Part shown: positions 38,911-51,694 of the stretch, one piece after another
Layout: each line of letters begins with the position of its first letter
Position numbering within the stretch: position 1 is the stretch's first letter
Assembly: GCA_038210445.1 (NCBI GenBank)
Contig: JBBQWQ010000021.1
Location: forward strand, 53,681-117,680
Source of the DNA: Polyangiales bacterium
Lineage (GTDB): Bacteria > Myxococcota_A > Polyangia > Polyangiales > Polyangiaceae
Direction of reading: 5' to 3'
Length of the DNA: 64,000 bases
Notes under the pieces: model-generated
Told to the model about the DNA's origin: nothing
Databases searched by the model: none
The model's input: only the letters and a program-made list of their open reading frames with translations
Position numbers and translations under genes: made by a program

Positions 38911-39759
38911 CTACTTGCAGCCCTGGGTGCTGTTCGAGATGCGCACGAGGTCGAGGTTCAGCGCTTCCGCACAGCAATTCGTCTTCGCGACCTTCCCGGC
39001 GAAGACGAGCTTGTCGGCGTCTGCACGAATGTCGCCCACCAGGCTCAGGCCGGAGCTCACGGAGGTGCCAATGTGCGCCTGCTCCGTGTCTCCGCGGACC
39101 AGCGAGCGCGAGCACGGCTCCACGGACTGCCCCGACGGCCCTCCGCACGTCGGCGTACTTCCGGCGCATCCGTAGATGAGGTGGACCGGGCTCAAGTACC
39201 CGTCGGCCCCCACGACGTACTGGATCTGCGTGCCGGTCGCGGCCACGCGGCCTTCGTAGGTACCGGGCTTGAGCTTGAGCGGCGTGGTGAGCAGATCGTA
39301 GGCCCGCTTGTACTCGTTGCCCAGCTTGGTCCGGTATTCTTCCTGCGTCATCTCCACGACGACTTGATCCGTGACCGGCGGTATCTCGAGGTACCCGTAG
39401 CCCCCGACCGCGGCACCGAGGTTGTAGGCTACACCTTTCTGCAAAAGACCCGGCGCCGAGAACTCGACGACGTCGACGGTCGAGCGAATGGTGCTCGCTT
39501 TCCAGAAGACGCGCTTGCCGGACTCCGCCTCCGCCACCGCCAGCATCGCCTCGATCTGCGACTCGCCCATCAATTGGAAGTAGGCGCGCATGCCCGTGAC
39601 GCGGAAGGTGAAGTCCACGGTGCTGGCCCCCGCCTCAGGGATGACGCCCCCGTCGGTGGTCGTGGCCGGGCTCGGCGTCTCCGAGGGCCCCTGTGAGCAG
39701 GCGAAGAGAAGGCCAACGGCGAGCAGAGAGAGCGACCGCGTGCGGTGCGTAGGATCCAT
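38911..39759 (-). CDS. lipoprotein of unknown function
   Basis: ATG 39759 (MDPTHRTRSLSLLAVGLLFACSQG, with a lipobox) and several Cys near the C-terminus. Confidence 0.55.
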   Translation of the reverse strand: MDPTHRTRSLSLLAVGLLFACSQGPSETPSPATTTDGGVIPEAGASTVDFTFRVTGMRAYFQLMGESQIEAMLAVAEAESGKRVFWKASTIRSTVDVVEFSAPGLLQKGVAYNLGAAVGGYGYLEIPPVTDQVVVEMTQEEYRTKLGNEYKRAYDLLTTPLKLKPGTYEGRVAATGTQIQYVVGADGYLSPVHLIYGCAGSTPTCGGPSGQSVEPCSRSLVRGDTEQAHIGTSVSSGLSLVGDIRADADKLVFAGKVAKTNCCAEALNLDLVRISNSTQGCK

Positions 39760-39900
39760 GGCCAGACGGTGACACGCGCCTTCCTCCGCCGCAATCGTCA
39801 CATCGCAGTTGGCGCCCACTGTCCGTGCGCTACGGGCAGCGCACCGACGTGCCGTGCGGCGGTGTAAGACTCGCGCTACGCTCCCGTTTCACACAAGACG

Positions 39901-40695
39901 ATGCTTACCTTCGCACCCAACCATCGCGCCGTCCTCGCTCTCCTCGCGCTCTCGGCCTGCGCGGCCTGCGGTGGCGCCCCACCGCCAAAGCCCGCCGAGG
40001 TCAACCCGCCGCTGGACGCGGGCGTCGTGAACGCGGCCGCGGAGATCGCCGACGCTGCGGCCACGCTCGAGGGCCCTGCCGACGCTGCCTCCCAGACTTC
40101 CTGCGCAGTCAAGAAGGCGAGCCTTACGCGATCGGCCGACGACGCGGAGCATCAATGCCTAGAAGGCGCGGCGCCCCGCGCCTCCGATCTGCGCGTCACG
40201 TTCACCCCCCGCACGCCCACCGTCGCTCCCGGAGGACGCGTCGTTTTCGACGTTCGCATCACCAACGTGTCCGACCACACCGTGTCGGTCCGCACCGAGC
40301 TTCCCGCCACCGAGAGCATGGTGGTGACGACCGAGAAGAACGTCGCCATCGCACCGCCCGCGGGCCCGATGCCCATCACGCCGAACGCCAAGTGCATGGG
40401 GATGACGTGCTCGCACATGACCATCCCGCGCGGCGTCGTGGTCCCACTCCTGCCGGGCGGCGTCATCGAAGACGCGATCACCTGGCAGGCCAGCCACGTG
40501 GCCTGGCCAGCGACCCGCCCGCAAGATTGCCTGGCGAGCTGCATGGGCACCGACGTGATGATCCCCATTGCGACCAAGCCCCTGGCCGCCGGAACGTACC
40601 ACGTGCGGACCAGCGTTCGCGCTTGGTCCCAGCCGGAGTGGCTTGTCCTTCCCGCGACCGCCGACGTGGTGGTGCGTGGAGCGACGATGCGCTGA
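39901..40695 (+). CDS. lipoprotein of unknown function
   Basis: Lipobox ALSACAACGG and diverse composition. Confidence 0.55.
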   Translation: MLTFAPNHRAVLALLALSACAACGGAPPPKPAEVNPPLDAGVVNAAAEIADAAATLEGPADAASQTSCAVKKASLTRSADDAEHQCLEGAAPRASDLRVTFTPRTPTVAPGGRVVFDVRITNVSDHTVSVRTELPATESMVVTTEKNVAIAPPAGPMPITPNAKCMGMTCSHMTIPRGVVVPLLPGGVIEDAITWQASHVAWPATRPQDCLASCMGTDVMIPIATKPLAAGTYHVRTSVRAWSQPEWLVLPATADVVVRGATMR

Positions 40696-40957
40696 TACCG
40701 CTTCTTCGTAGCGGCGGAACCATCGCGATTCCCTACTTGGATTGAGTGGAGCATCCGCTTCCAGCTCGGCAAGAGCGTTCCACCCCGCTGAGCCGCCACC
40801 CGCGACCCGGCGCCTCCGCCAAGAGGTGCCGGCTGCGCGGTACACCACGTTTTCGAGAAGAATCCGGCGGCTCTGGGCTCGAGGCGCAATGAAAATGACC
40901 ACGGGCCCACGCGGATTTCGCGTTTGCGCCGCGCGGGGTGGCGCGCGACTATCAACG

Positions 40958-42535
40958 ATGCGCTCACATCGACTCATGGCTCGCGCGGTCTTCCCGAGCT
41001 TCGTCCTGTTGATTAGCTGGGCCGCCGCGTGCTCCGACGACGCAGCGAGCCCAGGCCCGGCAGAAGCCGACAGCGGACCGCCCATCCAGCGGGTCCCGGA
41101 CGACGCGCAGAGCGGGTCCGACGCGCCCGCTTCCGACGCAGCGCCCGCGACCAAGCCGGGCACTGTGCAGTGGGCCAAGCACTTCGTCGAGTCGGGAACG
41201 GCGTCTGCCACGGCGGTCGCCACCGACAAGGCGGGCAACGTCTTCATCGCTGGAGAGCTCACCGGCACCGTGAACTTCGCGGGGACCGGCCCGTCGGGCG
41301 TCGAGGCCCTCACCAGCGCCACCACCGTGGGGTTCCTCGCAAAGCTCGGAAGCTCCGGCCAGCACCTCTGGAGCAAGAAGTGGGCGGCCACCGGAGGCAG
41401 CGTGTCGACCGTCTCGATGACGACCGACCCCAGCGGCAGCGTGCTCTTCGCGGGTAGGACGAACGGTAGCGTGAGCTTCGGCGGAGCACCGATCGTCGTC
41501 CTGGGCGCCGGCGCGGCGTTCGTCGCAAAGCTCGACGCCAACGGAAACCAGCTGTGGGTGCGCGGCTTCGAGAATGGGGCAGGCACGTCGTCCCGATCGC
41601 TGGCGGTCGACACGGGAGGCGACGTGATCTTGGCGGGAACCTTCTTCAACACCTTGAACCTCGCGTCGCCCGCCGACCCCGGGGCACCCACGCTCACCAG
41701 CGCCGGCGGCCCCGACTACTTCCTCGTCAAGCTGGCAAGCAACGATGGTCACCACCTGTGGAGCCGCCGCTACGGCGATACGTTCGGTCAGCTGTCCATC
41801 CGGGTGGCCGTGGACACGAAGAACTCGGTCACGATCGCTGGCGCGACGTTCGGAACCGTCGACTTTGGCGGCGGACCGTTGTCCGCTGCGTTAGGCAACG
41901 CGGCCGGGTTCATCGCGCACTTCGACTCCGCAGGCGGCCACCTGTGGAGCAAGGGCTTGCCCGACGCGGCTCCCTTGCTCGTTGCCACCGCGGCCAACGA
42001 CGACATCGTGTACGGAGGCAGCTTCCGAGGAATGGTCGACTTCGCCGGGACAGGAACGGCGGGCGGCAACGCGCTAACCGCAAAGAGCACGAGCGATTCC
42101 TTTCTGACGAAGCTCGGAACGAGCGGTGCGCACGCCTGGAGCCGCGGCTTCGGCGAGACCACCACCGCCCCGTTCGCAAGCGGCGTAGCGGTCGACGCGA
42201 GCGGAAGGGCCACCACGGTCGGATTCTTCGCGAAGAACCCGGTAGCCTTCTCCGCCGGCGGCGTCGCCGCGGCGCCCCTCACGTGCGCGGGCGATCAGAA
42301 CCTCTTCATCGCGAGCTTCGACCCGGCAGGCGCCCACAGGTGGAGCTTCTGCGCCGGAACTTCCGGGGCCACGGTGCAGGGTGCGGCCATCGCAGCGGAC
42401 CCGAGCGGCAACGTCTTGGCGGTCGGTAGCTACGCCGCCGCGGCGTCACTCAGCTTTCCGCAGGCTACGCCCGCCGACCTCGTCCTAGCTCGCAACGGCG
42501 TCACCGACATCTTCCTCGTCAAGGTGACGCCGTAG
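40958..42535 (+). CDS. lipoprotein with SBBP-type beta-propeller repeats
   Basis: ATG 40958 with a signal peptide and lipobox (SWAAACSDD). At least 8 repeats of the pattern D.(S/A)GN.(F/Y)..G.F.G...FG. Confidence 0.65.
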   Translation: MRSHRLMARAVFPSFVLLISWAAACSDDAASPGPAEADSGPPIQRVPDDAQSGSDAPASDAAPATKPGTVQWAKHFVESGTASATAVATDKAGNVFIAGELTGTVNFAGTGPSGVEALTSATTVGFLAKLGSSGQHLWSKKWAATGGSVSTVSMTTDPSGSVLFAGRTNGSVSFGGAPIVVLGAGAAFVAKLDANGNQLWVRGFENGAGTSSRSLAVDTGGDVILAGTFFNTLNLASPADPGAPTLTSAGGPDYFLVKLASNDGHHLWSRRYGDTFGQLSIRVAVDTKNSVTIAGATFGTVDFGGGPLSAALGNAAGFIAHFDSAGGHLWSKGLPDAAPLLVATAANDDIVYGGSFRGMVDFAGTGTAGGNALTAKSTSDSFLTKLGTSGAHAWSRGFGETTTAPFASGVAVDASGRATTVGFFAKNPVAFSAGGVAAAPLTCAGDQNLFIASFDPAGAHRWSFCAGTSGATVQGAAIAADPSGNVLAVGSYAAAASLSFPQATPADLVLARNGVTDIFLVKVTP

Positions 42536-42688
42536 GCCGTACCCGGTGCAGCTCGGGGTGCGGCGTCCTCCTGCCGAGACCAATGCCCTCCCGTGCAGCG
42601 GTTTCCGTTGCGCGTTGCGGCGGCTGCCCCGGGCGTAGTCCATTCGGACGACGCACGAACCGTGGGCCCTGGTATTATAGTAGGCTGA

Positions 42689-44626
42689 ATGCGCATCGCG
42701 GCCACGAAGCCCTCGGCTCGACTCCTGGGAGCCCTCGTGGTGGGCGGCCTGCTGGTTGCGGGTGCTGCGCTGTCGTCGCGCACGGTTCCGGCCGCACCCA
42801 GCGCGGTCGATGCGGCACCGCCTACGTTTGTCCACGCCTATGTGCCCGGCCGCACGCTCACCTACTCGCTCGAGCTTCGCTCGGAAGCGTTGCTCGATGG
42901 TCAGCTCGACCACGCCGAGACCGGCGAAGTGCCGCTCCATGCGCGTCGACAGCTCGGGGTGTCGTCGGTTTTCACGGGCGCCTTGATGCTGCTCCCGGTG
43001 CTGCGTCGCCCCGACGGGTCTGCGCGCGTGCTGGCCAGCCTTAGCCTGGACGACATTCAGGTCTCGCTCTCGGGTCGGGCTGCGGGCGTGCCACGCGCCA
43101 CCTTCGATCCGCTCGCGCGCGGCTTTCTGGTGGACTACAGCGCATCGGGGGCGGTGCTGGGAATCGCGCTCGAAGAGGCCACGCATCCGATCGCGGCGCG
43201 CCTCGCCTCGCAGATCATCGGGTTCTTGCAGCTGGTAGCGCCTCCCGACCACGCGATCGCGTGGGAAGGCGATGAGCGTGATTCATTGGGCGAGGTCCAT
43301 GCCCGCTATTCCGTACTCTCCGATCCTCCTTCGCGACCGGGCGATACGCTGATTCAAAAGCTCGTTCAGCGCACTTCGGCGCCCGAGGCAGGAGGCGCCT
43401 TCGGGCGGCTCATCGCCACCGGTCGCGGCTCCGCGGCCGGCAACCTCGCCTACGAGGTCGATGTGGCGCAGGGTCTGCTCGTCGAGGCCGCCGGCGCGCT
43501 CACCACCGAACAGCTGCTGGGCGACCTTCGCGTTGGCGCCAGCGACAGCACGCTGTTGGTCCGGCTCACCGGCAAAACCGAGGGTTCCGCCGAGGCGGCC
43601 GGCGCGCGTCTGGCAGAGCGATTGCCGCACCTGGGGCCACCGCGCGCGCTCGATCCCGCGGCCTTGCGCGCGGCCGAGCAACGGAGACTGCACGAGGCGT
43701 TGCTGGCCAGCATCGATCTGCCCGCCATCGTCACCGACGCACGCGCCCACCCACCGCCGCCCGCGAGCCAGGAGGCTGCAACGTATGACCAGATCTTGGT
43801 GGCGGCGGTTGAAGCCTCTCCCGAATCTCGCCTGTACCTGGAGAAGGTATTGCTCGACGCAAAAACCGGTGAAGACGCCTTCTTGCCGATAGCGCGCGCG
43901 TTCGGCGAAGTGGGCTCGCCGGAAGCGCAGCAGAGCCTGGGGCGGGTCGTGGCATCGCGCCCGCCGCGAGATCCCGCGCGTGAAGCGGCGATGTTCTCGC
44001 TGAGCCGCGTCGATGCGCCCACCGACGCGACCATCGCGCTGCTGGAGGCCTCCGCCAACGCCGCGGCGGAGCCCTGGTCGCACGCGTCGCTGCTCTACCT
44101 GGGCCGGGCCGCAGGCCAGCTCGATGCCACATTCCCTGCGCGCGGCCGCCCGGTGTTGCAGCGGCTCGTGCAACGCGTGCACAATGCACCCGACGACGTG
44201 GCGCGCACGCGGGCGCTGGAGGCGCTGGGCAACGCTGGCTCCCCCTGGCTAACCGACGAGCTCGCCTTCTGGCGACGCGCCGAGGCGCCGGGCGTGCGAC
44301 GCGCAGCGGTGAGCGCCTATCGCTTCATTCCCACGGCGGCGGCACGCGACGTGATGCTCGAAGCCATCCAGCACGATGCCGATGCTTCGGTGCGCGCAGC
44401 CGCCATCGACGCGGTCTTGCTGCGTACCCCCGACGACGCCATCGCCGACACCATCGCGGGCAGCATCGAGCGCGATGCCGACGAATCCATCCGCAAGACC
44501 TCAGTTTCCAAGCTCATCAGCCTTTGCCGCCGCAACAAGCCGGCATGCAGGCACCTCGAACGGCTGAAGAAGAGTGGCGACGAATGGACGCGCCACGAGC
44601 TCTCCACGTTTACGCCCCCCCGATGA
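42689..44626 (+). CDS. secreted HEAT-repeat (PBS-lyase-like) protein
   Basis: Signal peptide. The C-terminal half carries repeated DxxVRxAAxxAL-type HEAT units (DASVRAAAIDAVL, DESIRKTSVSKL). Confidence 0.6.
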   Translation: MRIAATKPSARLLGALVVGGLLVAGAALSSRTVPAAPSAVDAAPPTFVHAYVPGRTLTYSLELRSEALLDGQLDHAETGEVPLHARRQLGVSSVFTGALMLLPVLRRPDGSARVLASLSLDDIQVSLSGRAAGVPRATFDPLARGFLVDYSASGAVLGIALEEATHPIAARLASQIIGFLQLVAPPDHAIAWEGDERDSLGEVHARYSVLSDPPSRPGDTLIQKLVQRTSAPEAGGAFGRLIATGRGSAAGNLAYEVDVAQGLLVEAAGALTTEQLLGDLRVGASDSTLLVRLTGKTEGSAEAAGARLAERLPHLGPPRALDPAALRAAEQRRLHEALLASIDLPAIVTDARAHPPPPASQEAATYDQILVAAVEASPESRLYLEKVLLDAKTGEDAFLPIARAFGEVGSPEAQQSLGRVVASRPPRDPAREAAMFSLSRVDAPTDATIALLEASANAAAEPWSHASLLYLGRAAGQLDATFPARGRPVLQRLVQRVHNAPDDVARTRALEALGNAGSPWLTDELAFWRRAEAPGVRRAAVSAYRFIPTAAARDVMLEAIQHDADASVRAAAIDAVLLRTPDDAIADTIAGSIERDADESIRKTSVSKLISLCRRNKPACRHLERLKKSGDEWTRHELSTFTPPR

Positions 44627-44678
44627 ACCCCACTTGCGCTTCACCCGCCAACCGCACGCCGTGACAAGGGAACTTCGT

Positions 44679-47003
44679 ATGCAAAGAGCCTATCTACCCC
44701 GAGCACGGCACCAGCTGGTTCCGCTTCTTCTCATCGCCCTCGTCGCCACCGGCAGCGGCGCCGTCGCCCAGCAGCCGCGGGTTCCAGCCCGACCCCCACA
44801 GGGGCCAATGGTGGCCCCCACCGTGCCGCGGACGGTCCCGACGGTGCCCGCACCGCCTGCGAATCGCAACGTGGCCATGCCCACCAATCCCTTCGGCGGC
44901 GCACCTGTGGTGGCCAACAAGCGCCAGACCCTCAAACCGAACTTCGAGCTCGTGCGCGCGACGCCGGCGGTTGCGATGGTGGTCGAGCGCGGGCGCATGA
45001 AGCACGCTGCGTTCGACGAGCGGCCGTTGATTCCGGTCATTACCGGGCGCGCGGCCATCGCCCCGACGGCGCTACCGCAGACCCTGGGAAGCGCAGGGCC
45101 TGGCCTGAAAGCCGGCGCCAAGGTCGTGGTCGATATCGACGGGCGCAAGGTGGCCGCCGGTGAGTACCAGCAAGACAATGGCGTCATGGAAGACTACCTC
45201 AATAGCCGAGGCATCACCGAGCGCACCCGTGAGCCTGCGCGATCGCTGCGCGACTTCAAACGTCAGATATCGCGCGGGCAGCTTCCCGCCGCCACGCCCA
45301 CGCTGCTGCGGGCCAGCCCCAATGGCATGAAGGCTCTGGTCGAACCGAAGACAAAGCAGCTGCCGACGGCGAGGGCGCGCACCTTGGCCGAGGCCCGCGC
45401 CGGCCTGTGGGAATCTGGCGATTCGGTCACCCTCGATCGCTACACGTCGAGCCACGAGCTGCGCAAGCCGCCGCCCATGCGTCCCACCGGCCCCAAGGTC
45501 GACAAAGAAGAGATCACCCGCGAATTGACCAGCGTTCCCTGGTTTTACAAGTCCGGTGGCGAGGTGGGCCTCGACATGGATGCCAATAGCACCTTTCGTG
45601 CTGGCAAGACGCGCAGGCAGGCCGGCGCAGCGATGGAGATCAAGGGTCACGCCGCCGGCATCGATTTTTCAATATTCAACGTCCAGGCGGCCATCGAGAG
45701 CACGGTCGATCACACCTACGACAAGGCTTCCAAGCAATTTGGCGTGGCTGGTGATGCGAACGCACTGCATACCAAGAGTGGCTCACTGGCCATCTTCGGT
45801 ATGGCCGTGTCACCGAACCTGAGCGGCTTCAACGAGCCCGCGGCCTGGAAGAAGAACGACGCCTACGGGGTGTCGGCGGCGGTGCCGGTGGGTCCATTCC
45901 TGGCGGAATTCAAGCTGACCGTCGGCTACGAGGTCGGCGGCAAGGCGACCCTGAAGCTGGAAGACGGCGGCCTCGGCGTGGCGGCCGAGGTGGGACCTCA
46001 ATTCGGCGCGTGGGCCGAGCTGACCGCGGGCATTGGCCTAATTGGCTTCAGCGTCGGCGTGGGCGGGCACGTGGCGCTGCTTGGCAACCAAGACGGCAGC
46101 GGCAACGCCAGCTTCACCCGCAACGCCTTCTCTCGCTACACGGAAAGCGGGTGGAAGCAGAGCATGGGCGCTTCGATCGACTCCAACGTATGGGCGCTAT
46201 CGGGCAATCTTTTTGCCTTCGTCGACACCTGGTGGGACCGCTACGACACCGAGATTTTCCGCTGGGGCGGCATCAAGCTGGGTGGCTCCGAGACCGATTC
46301 GGGAAAGACAAGCATTGTCTGGGGCACCCAGCAGGAGCCCGACTACGGACCGCTGAAAGAGCTCCGCGCCTTTGCATGCCGACAGAAAACCTCACCGAAC
46401 GTCGCCAACTTCCCGCACGACTGGACCATCACCACCCGAACCAAGGCCGAGGTCGTGGCCAGTGGCTGCGAGCTCATCGCGGGCAACAACGAGGTGCTGT
46501 TCGGTAAGCTCGCGTCCAAGTGGAACCCCGACACCATTCCGGTGGCAGAGTGCCGCATGGAGACGGCGTGGTTCGGCAACGCGGGCGTGGGCGCGTCGCT
46601 ACCGAACAACCCGATAGGCAAGGGTCCGTACGTCGTCAACGAGTACCCGATGGGCATCTTCAACGACTGGACCGACGCGCCCAGCGAGGCCGAGGTGATG
46701 CGCGTGGCGAGCGCGGTATGTGCCTCCAACAAAGTGGGCAGTGGCCAGCGTGCCACCGCCGTCCGCATCGCTGGCTACGCTTGGCGGGGTTCGGGCGATG
46801 TGCTCCTCAACTGGAAAACCAAGGAAAAGGGCACCAGCATTCCCACCTACCGCTGCAGCGCCGGCTCCGACTGGTTCATGCAAACCAAGCCGGGCGCGCC
46901 CAACTGCCCCGCCGACGCCGGCAACCAATACATTTATCGCAAGGAAGACAGCTCCGGGAAGTTGGTCAACGTCTCGACCGATTTCTCGATCCTGAAGCCC
47001 TGA
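44679..47003 (+). CDS. large secreted protein of unknown function with Gly-rich beta-strand core
   Basis: ATG 44679 with a signal peptide (LVPLLLIALVATGSGAVA). The central region has alternating Gly/hydrophobic strands (LTAGIGLIGFSVGVGGHVALLG). No family recognised. Confidence 0.6.
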   Translation: MQRAYLPRARHQLVPLLLIALVATGSGAVAQQPRVPARPPQGPMVAPTVPRTVPTVPAPPANRNVAMPTNPFGGAPVVANKRQTLKPNFELVRATPAVAMVVERGRMKHAAFDERPLIPVITGRAAIAPTALPQTLGSAGPGLKAGAKVVVDIDGRKVAAGEYQQDNGVMEDYLNSRGITERTREPARSLRDFKRQISRGQLPAATPTLLRASPNGMKALVEPKTKQLPTARARTLAEARAGLWESGDSVTLDRYTSSHELRKPPPMRPTGPKVDKEEITRELTSVPWFYKSGGEVGLDMDANSTFRAGKTRRQAGAAMEIKGHAAGIDFSIFNVQAAIESTVDHTYDKASKQFGVAGDANALHTKSGSLAIFGMAVSPNLSGFNEPAAWKKNDAYGVSAAVPVGPFLAEFKLTVGYEVGGKATLKLEDGGLGVAAEVGPQFGAWAELTAGIGLIGFSVGVGGHVALLGNQDGSGNASFTRNAFSRYTESGWKQSMGASIDSNVWALSGNLFAFVDTWWDRYDTEIFRWGGIKLGGSETDSGKTSIVWGTQQEPDYGPLKELRAFACRQKTSPNVANFPHDWTITTRTKAEVVASGCELIAGNNEVLFGKLASKWNPDTIPVAECRMETAWFGNAGVGASLPNNPIGKGPYVVNEYPMGIFNDWTDAPSEAEVMRVASAVCASNKVGSGQRATAVRIAGYAWRGSGDVLLNWKTKEKGTSIPTYRCSAGSDWFMQTKPGAPNCPADAGNQYIYRKEDSSGKLVNVSTDFSILKP

Positions 47004-47025
47004 CACACATTGCCGAAATGGCGAT

Positions 47026-47061
47026 CGGCATGCGTGGCACTCCCGAGTGCCACGCATGCCG
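47026..47061. terminator. 17-bp perfect inverted repeat between convergent genes (putative bidirectional terminator or operator)
   Basis: cggcatgcgtggcactc-cc-gagtgccacgcatgccg lies 23 nt past the stop of the plus-strand gene and 37 nt before the katG stop on the minus strand. The stem is GC-rich and there is no U-tract. Confidence 0.4.
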
Positions 47062-47097
47062 CTGATGCAGTCCGACGGGCGCGCGACGGCGACGCAG

Positions 47098-49446
<2,349 letters not shown>

Positions 49447-50011
49447 CTAGGATTTTGCGAGTTATGATGCAACCCAACGCTTTCCGGGGACCGGAAACGT
49501 GCAGGAGGCGCGGCGCTCGCCCTTGGCAGCTCGGCGTGGCAAGCTGAGGCTGCATTGGCTTCGGGCATCTAGAGCGCGGAAGTCGGCGCACCGAGCTTCG
49601 TTCCGTCGCGTCGCCCGCGGTGCCGTCGACGGTTACAGCGTTGGCCTCTCGGCCTGCGACCTCGGCCACGATCGTCGTTTCGAAGGTGCCGTCGTTGCGC
49701 ACGCACACCCAAGGTACTCCGCCCGTCGGGGCAAGGAATCGCTGAGCGATAGCGCCGCTGGCCGTTGTAGCCAATGCGCGGACGCGACTACTCCAGCAGG
49801 TACCACCAACGATCCGTCGGCGCCTGCCGTCGCTGGTCGCGTAGACGGCGTCCAGAGGCCAGCTCGTGACCCGGGCTCACTCGCAGCGGGGGAGAAGCGG
49901 CCGAGTTGCATTGGGGGCGCTACCTGGCCTGTCGAGGATGCAGCAGCTGTCGTCCTTTGCACGCGCTCCTCGCCGCCAAGTGAGCGCGGCACCCTCATTT
50001 GCAACCCTCCG

Positions 50012-51331
50012 TCACCAGTCAATGGTCACCTTGGCGTAGTGGGCGGCAACGGGCTTCGTGGTCTCGTAGCTCACCCAAAGGTCGTTGCGGTCCACATAGA
50101 ACGCACCGGACGAGACGTCGGCAGCCGCCGGGAGCATCCTCACCCGCTTGTCCGAGAGCCGAATCACCAGCGCCTGGTTGGCAATGCTCGTAGCGAAGAC
50201 GCCATCGTGGACCATCGAGTACCCATAGTTGAACGTCCCGTCGAGCGCGACGACGAGCTCGGCGCTGCTGTTGAGCGCCGCAATGTCGCGCGTGTACGAA
50301 GCGCGCCACAGCTCGAAGTGGGTCTGCGATACGGTGGGCGATACGCCACCGGATAGCTCGATCCAGTAGAGGGAGCTTCCGTCGTACGTGAGGCCGAACA
50401 CGTGGTGAAGCGGCTTGTCGCGAACGACAACAACCTCGCCGTCTGCTTCGACCCGCGAGAGGCGATACCAGGACGGCGTGGAGTCGCGAACGAACACGTC
50501 ATCATGCACGACGAACGGCACGGTCGCCTTGCCTGTGCTCGCGCGAGCCCACGATAAATCGCTGCGCTTGACGCGAACCACTCTGCCGAGCGTCTCGAAG
50601 GCGATGGTTGTGGCCGAGCTGGTCTGAAACTTCGCGAGATCGGGGAGCGGCGTATACGCCGGGGCAAGGCGAGGAAATTGGGAAGCTTTCCCCCAAGCGC
50701 TGAGGGGGCCGTCTAGAACCGCGAAGCGCGTGTACTCGAACAAGTATGGCTCCCCAAGACCACCGACTGCGGGCTCAATTTGGCAGGCATCGAACGCTCC
50801 TCCAACGGCGCCTCCTGGTATTTGGAACCTGAGCCCGGCTAGCGGTTCGAGGGACGGCATCGCATAAATGGAGCGACGTTCATCGTAGAGATCGCCCGAT
50901 GACTCAAGAAGGTTCGCGACGCGAAGGTATCGCCCATCTGCAGACACTTCGACGCTGCCCTGGAGCGGCGTGGTGGGTGAAGTAAACTTCGTCCAGTCCC
51001 ATTCGGAACACGCCGTTGCTCCGGATGTATAGGGCGGTGAGGTGCACGCCTGCCACACGATGGCGGGCAGCGCGGTCTTGGGATCATCTGCCGTTGAATA
51101 CCCGGTGCACGAAGGTCCGAGGGCGCCGAACCAGGTCCAGCCAGCGCCAGCGTCCGGCACTTCGACCCCAGTGTCGACGCGATCGCGCGTTGACGATTCC
51201 CAAGCGGCGTCTGCCCCGCCGTCGACAGTCGACGTACCCGAGGGAGCTGACGCGCAGCGAGCACACGCCAGAAGAAGCGTACCTACTGCGGGGCCCACCA
51301 TCCAACGTCGGAGGGTCACGGATTTCGGCAT
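50012..51331 (-). CDS. secreted protein of unknown function
   Basis: ATG 51331 (MPKSVTLRRWMVGPAVGTLLLACARCASA). An alternative upstream start at 51553 would add an acidic 74-aa N-terminal extension. Confidence 0.5.
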   Translation of the reverse strand: MPKSVTLRRWMVGPAVGTLLLACARCASAPSGTSTVDGGADAAWESSTRDRVDTGVEVPDAGAGWTWFGALGPSCTGYSTADDPKTALPAIVWQACTSPPYTSGATACSEWDWTKFTSPTTPLQGSVEVSADGRYLRVANLLESSGDLYDERRSIYAMPSLEPLAGLRFQIPGGAVGGAFDACQIEPAVGGLGEPYLFEYTRFAVLDGPLSAWGKASQFPRLAPAYTPLPDLAKFQTSSATTIAFETLGRVVRVKRSDLSWARASTGKATVPFVVHDDVFVRDSTPSWYRLSRVEADGEVVVVRDKPLHHVFGLTYDGSSLYWIELSGGVSPTVSQTHFELWRASYTRDIAALNSSAELVVALDGTFNYGYSMVHDGVFATSIANQALVIRLSDKRVRMLPAAADVSSGAFYVDRNDLWVSYETTKPVAAHYAKVTIDW

Positions 51332-51694
51332 GTTGGCGTCGGGCGCGTTTCTCCCGGCTCCGTTCCGGCCCACCCCGCTCCGGAAGGCTTGGTCGGCACA
51401 AAGTCCTTGAGCGAAGCGGCCGCGGCCGAGATTCTTCGCCCGTGTGCGCGCAGGCACGCTCTCCACGGCCGCTCCGCTCTCGCTGAGTTCGTGCTCCTCG
51501 GGCTCGTCGTCGGGCGACTTCTTGGGATCAGCTGCCGGAGGTTTCTTCAGCACGTTCGATGCACCATTCTCCCTCCATCGGTACAGAGATATCCAGCAGG
51601 GGCTGTCTCACGCCACGTTGACACACAGGTCTGCGCGCGTCACCGAGCACGCGCCCTTTCGCGTGGTCGGCCTGTGGATGGTACCGTCGGCCGC

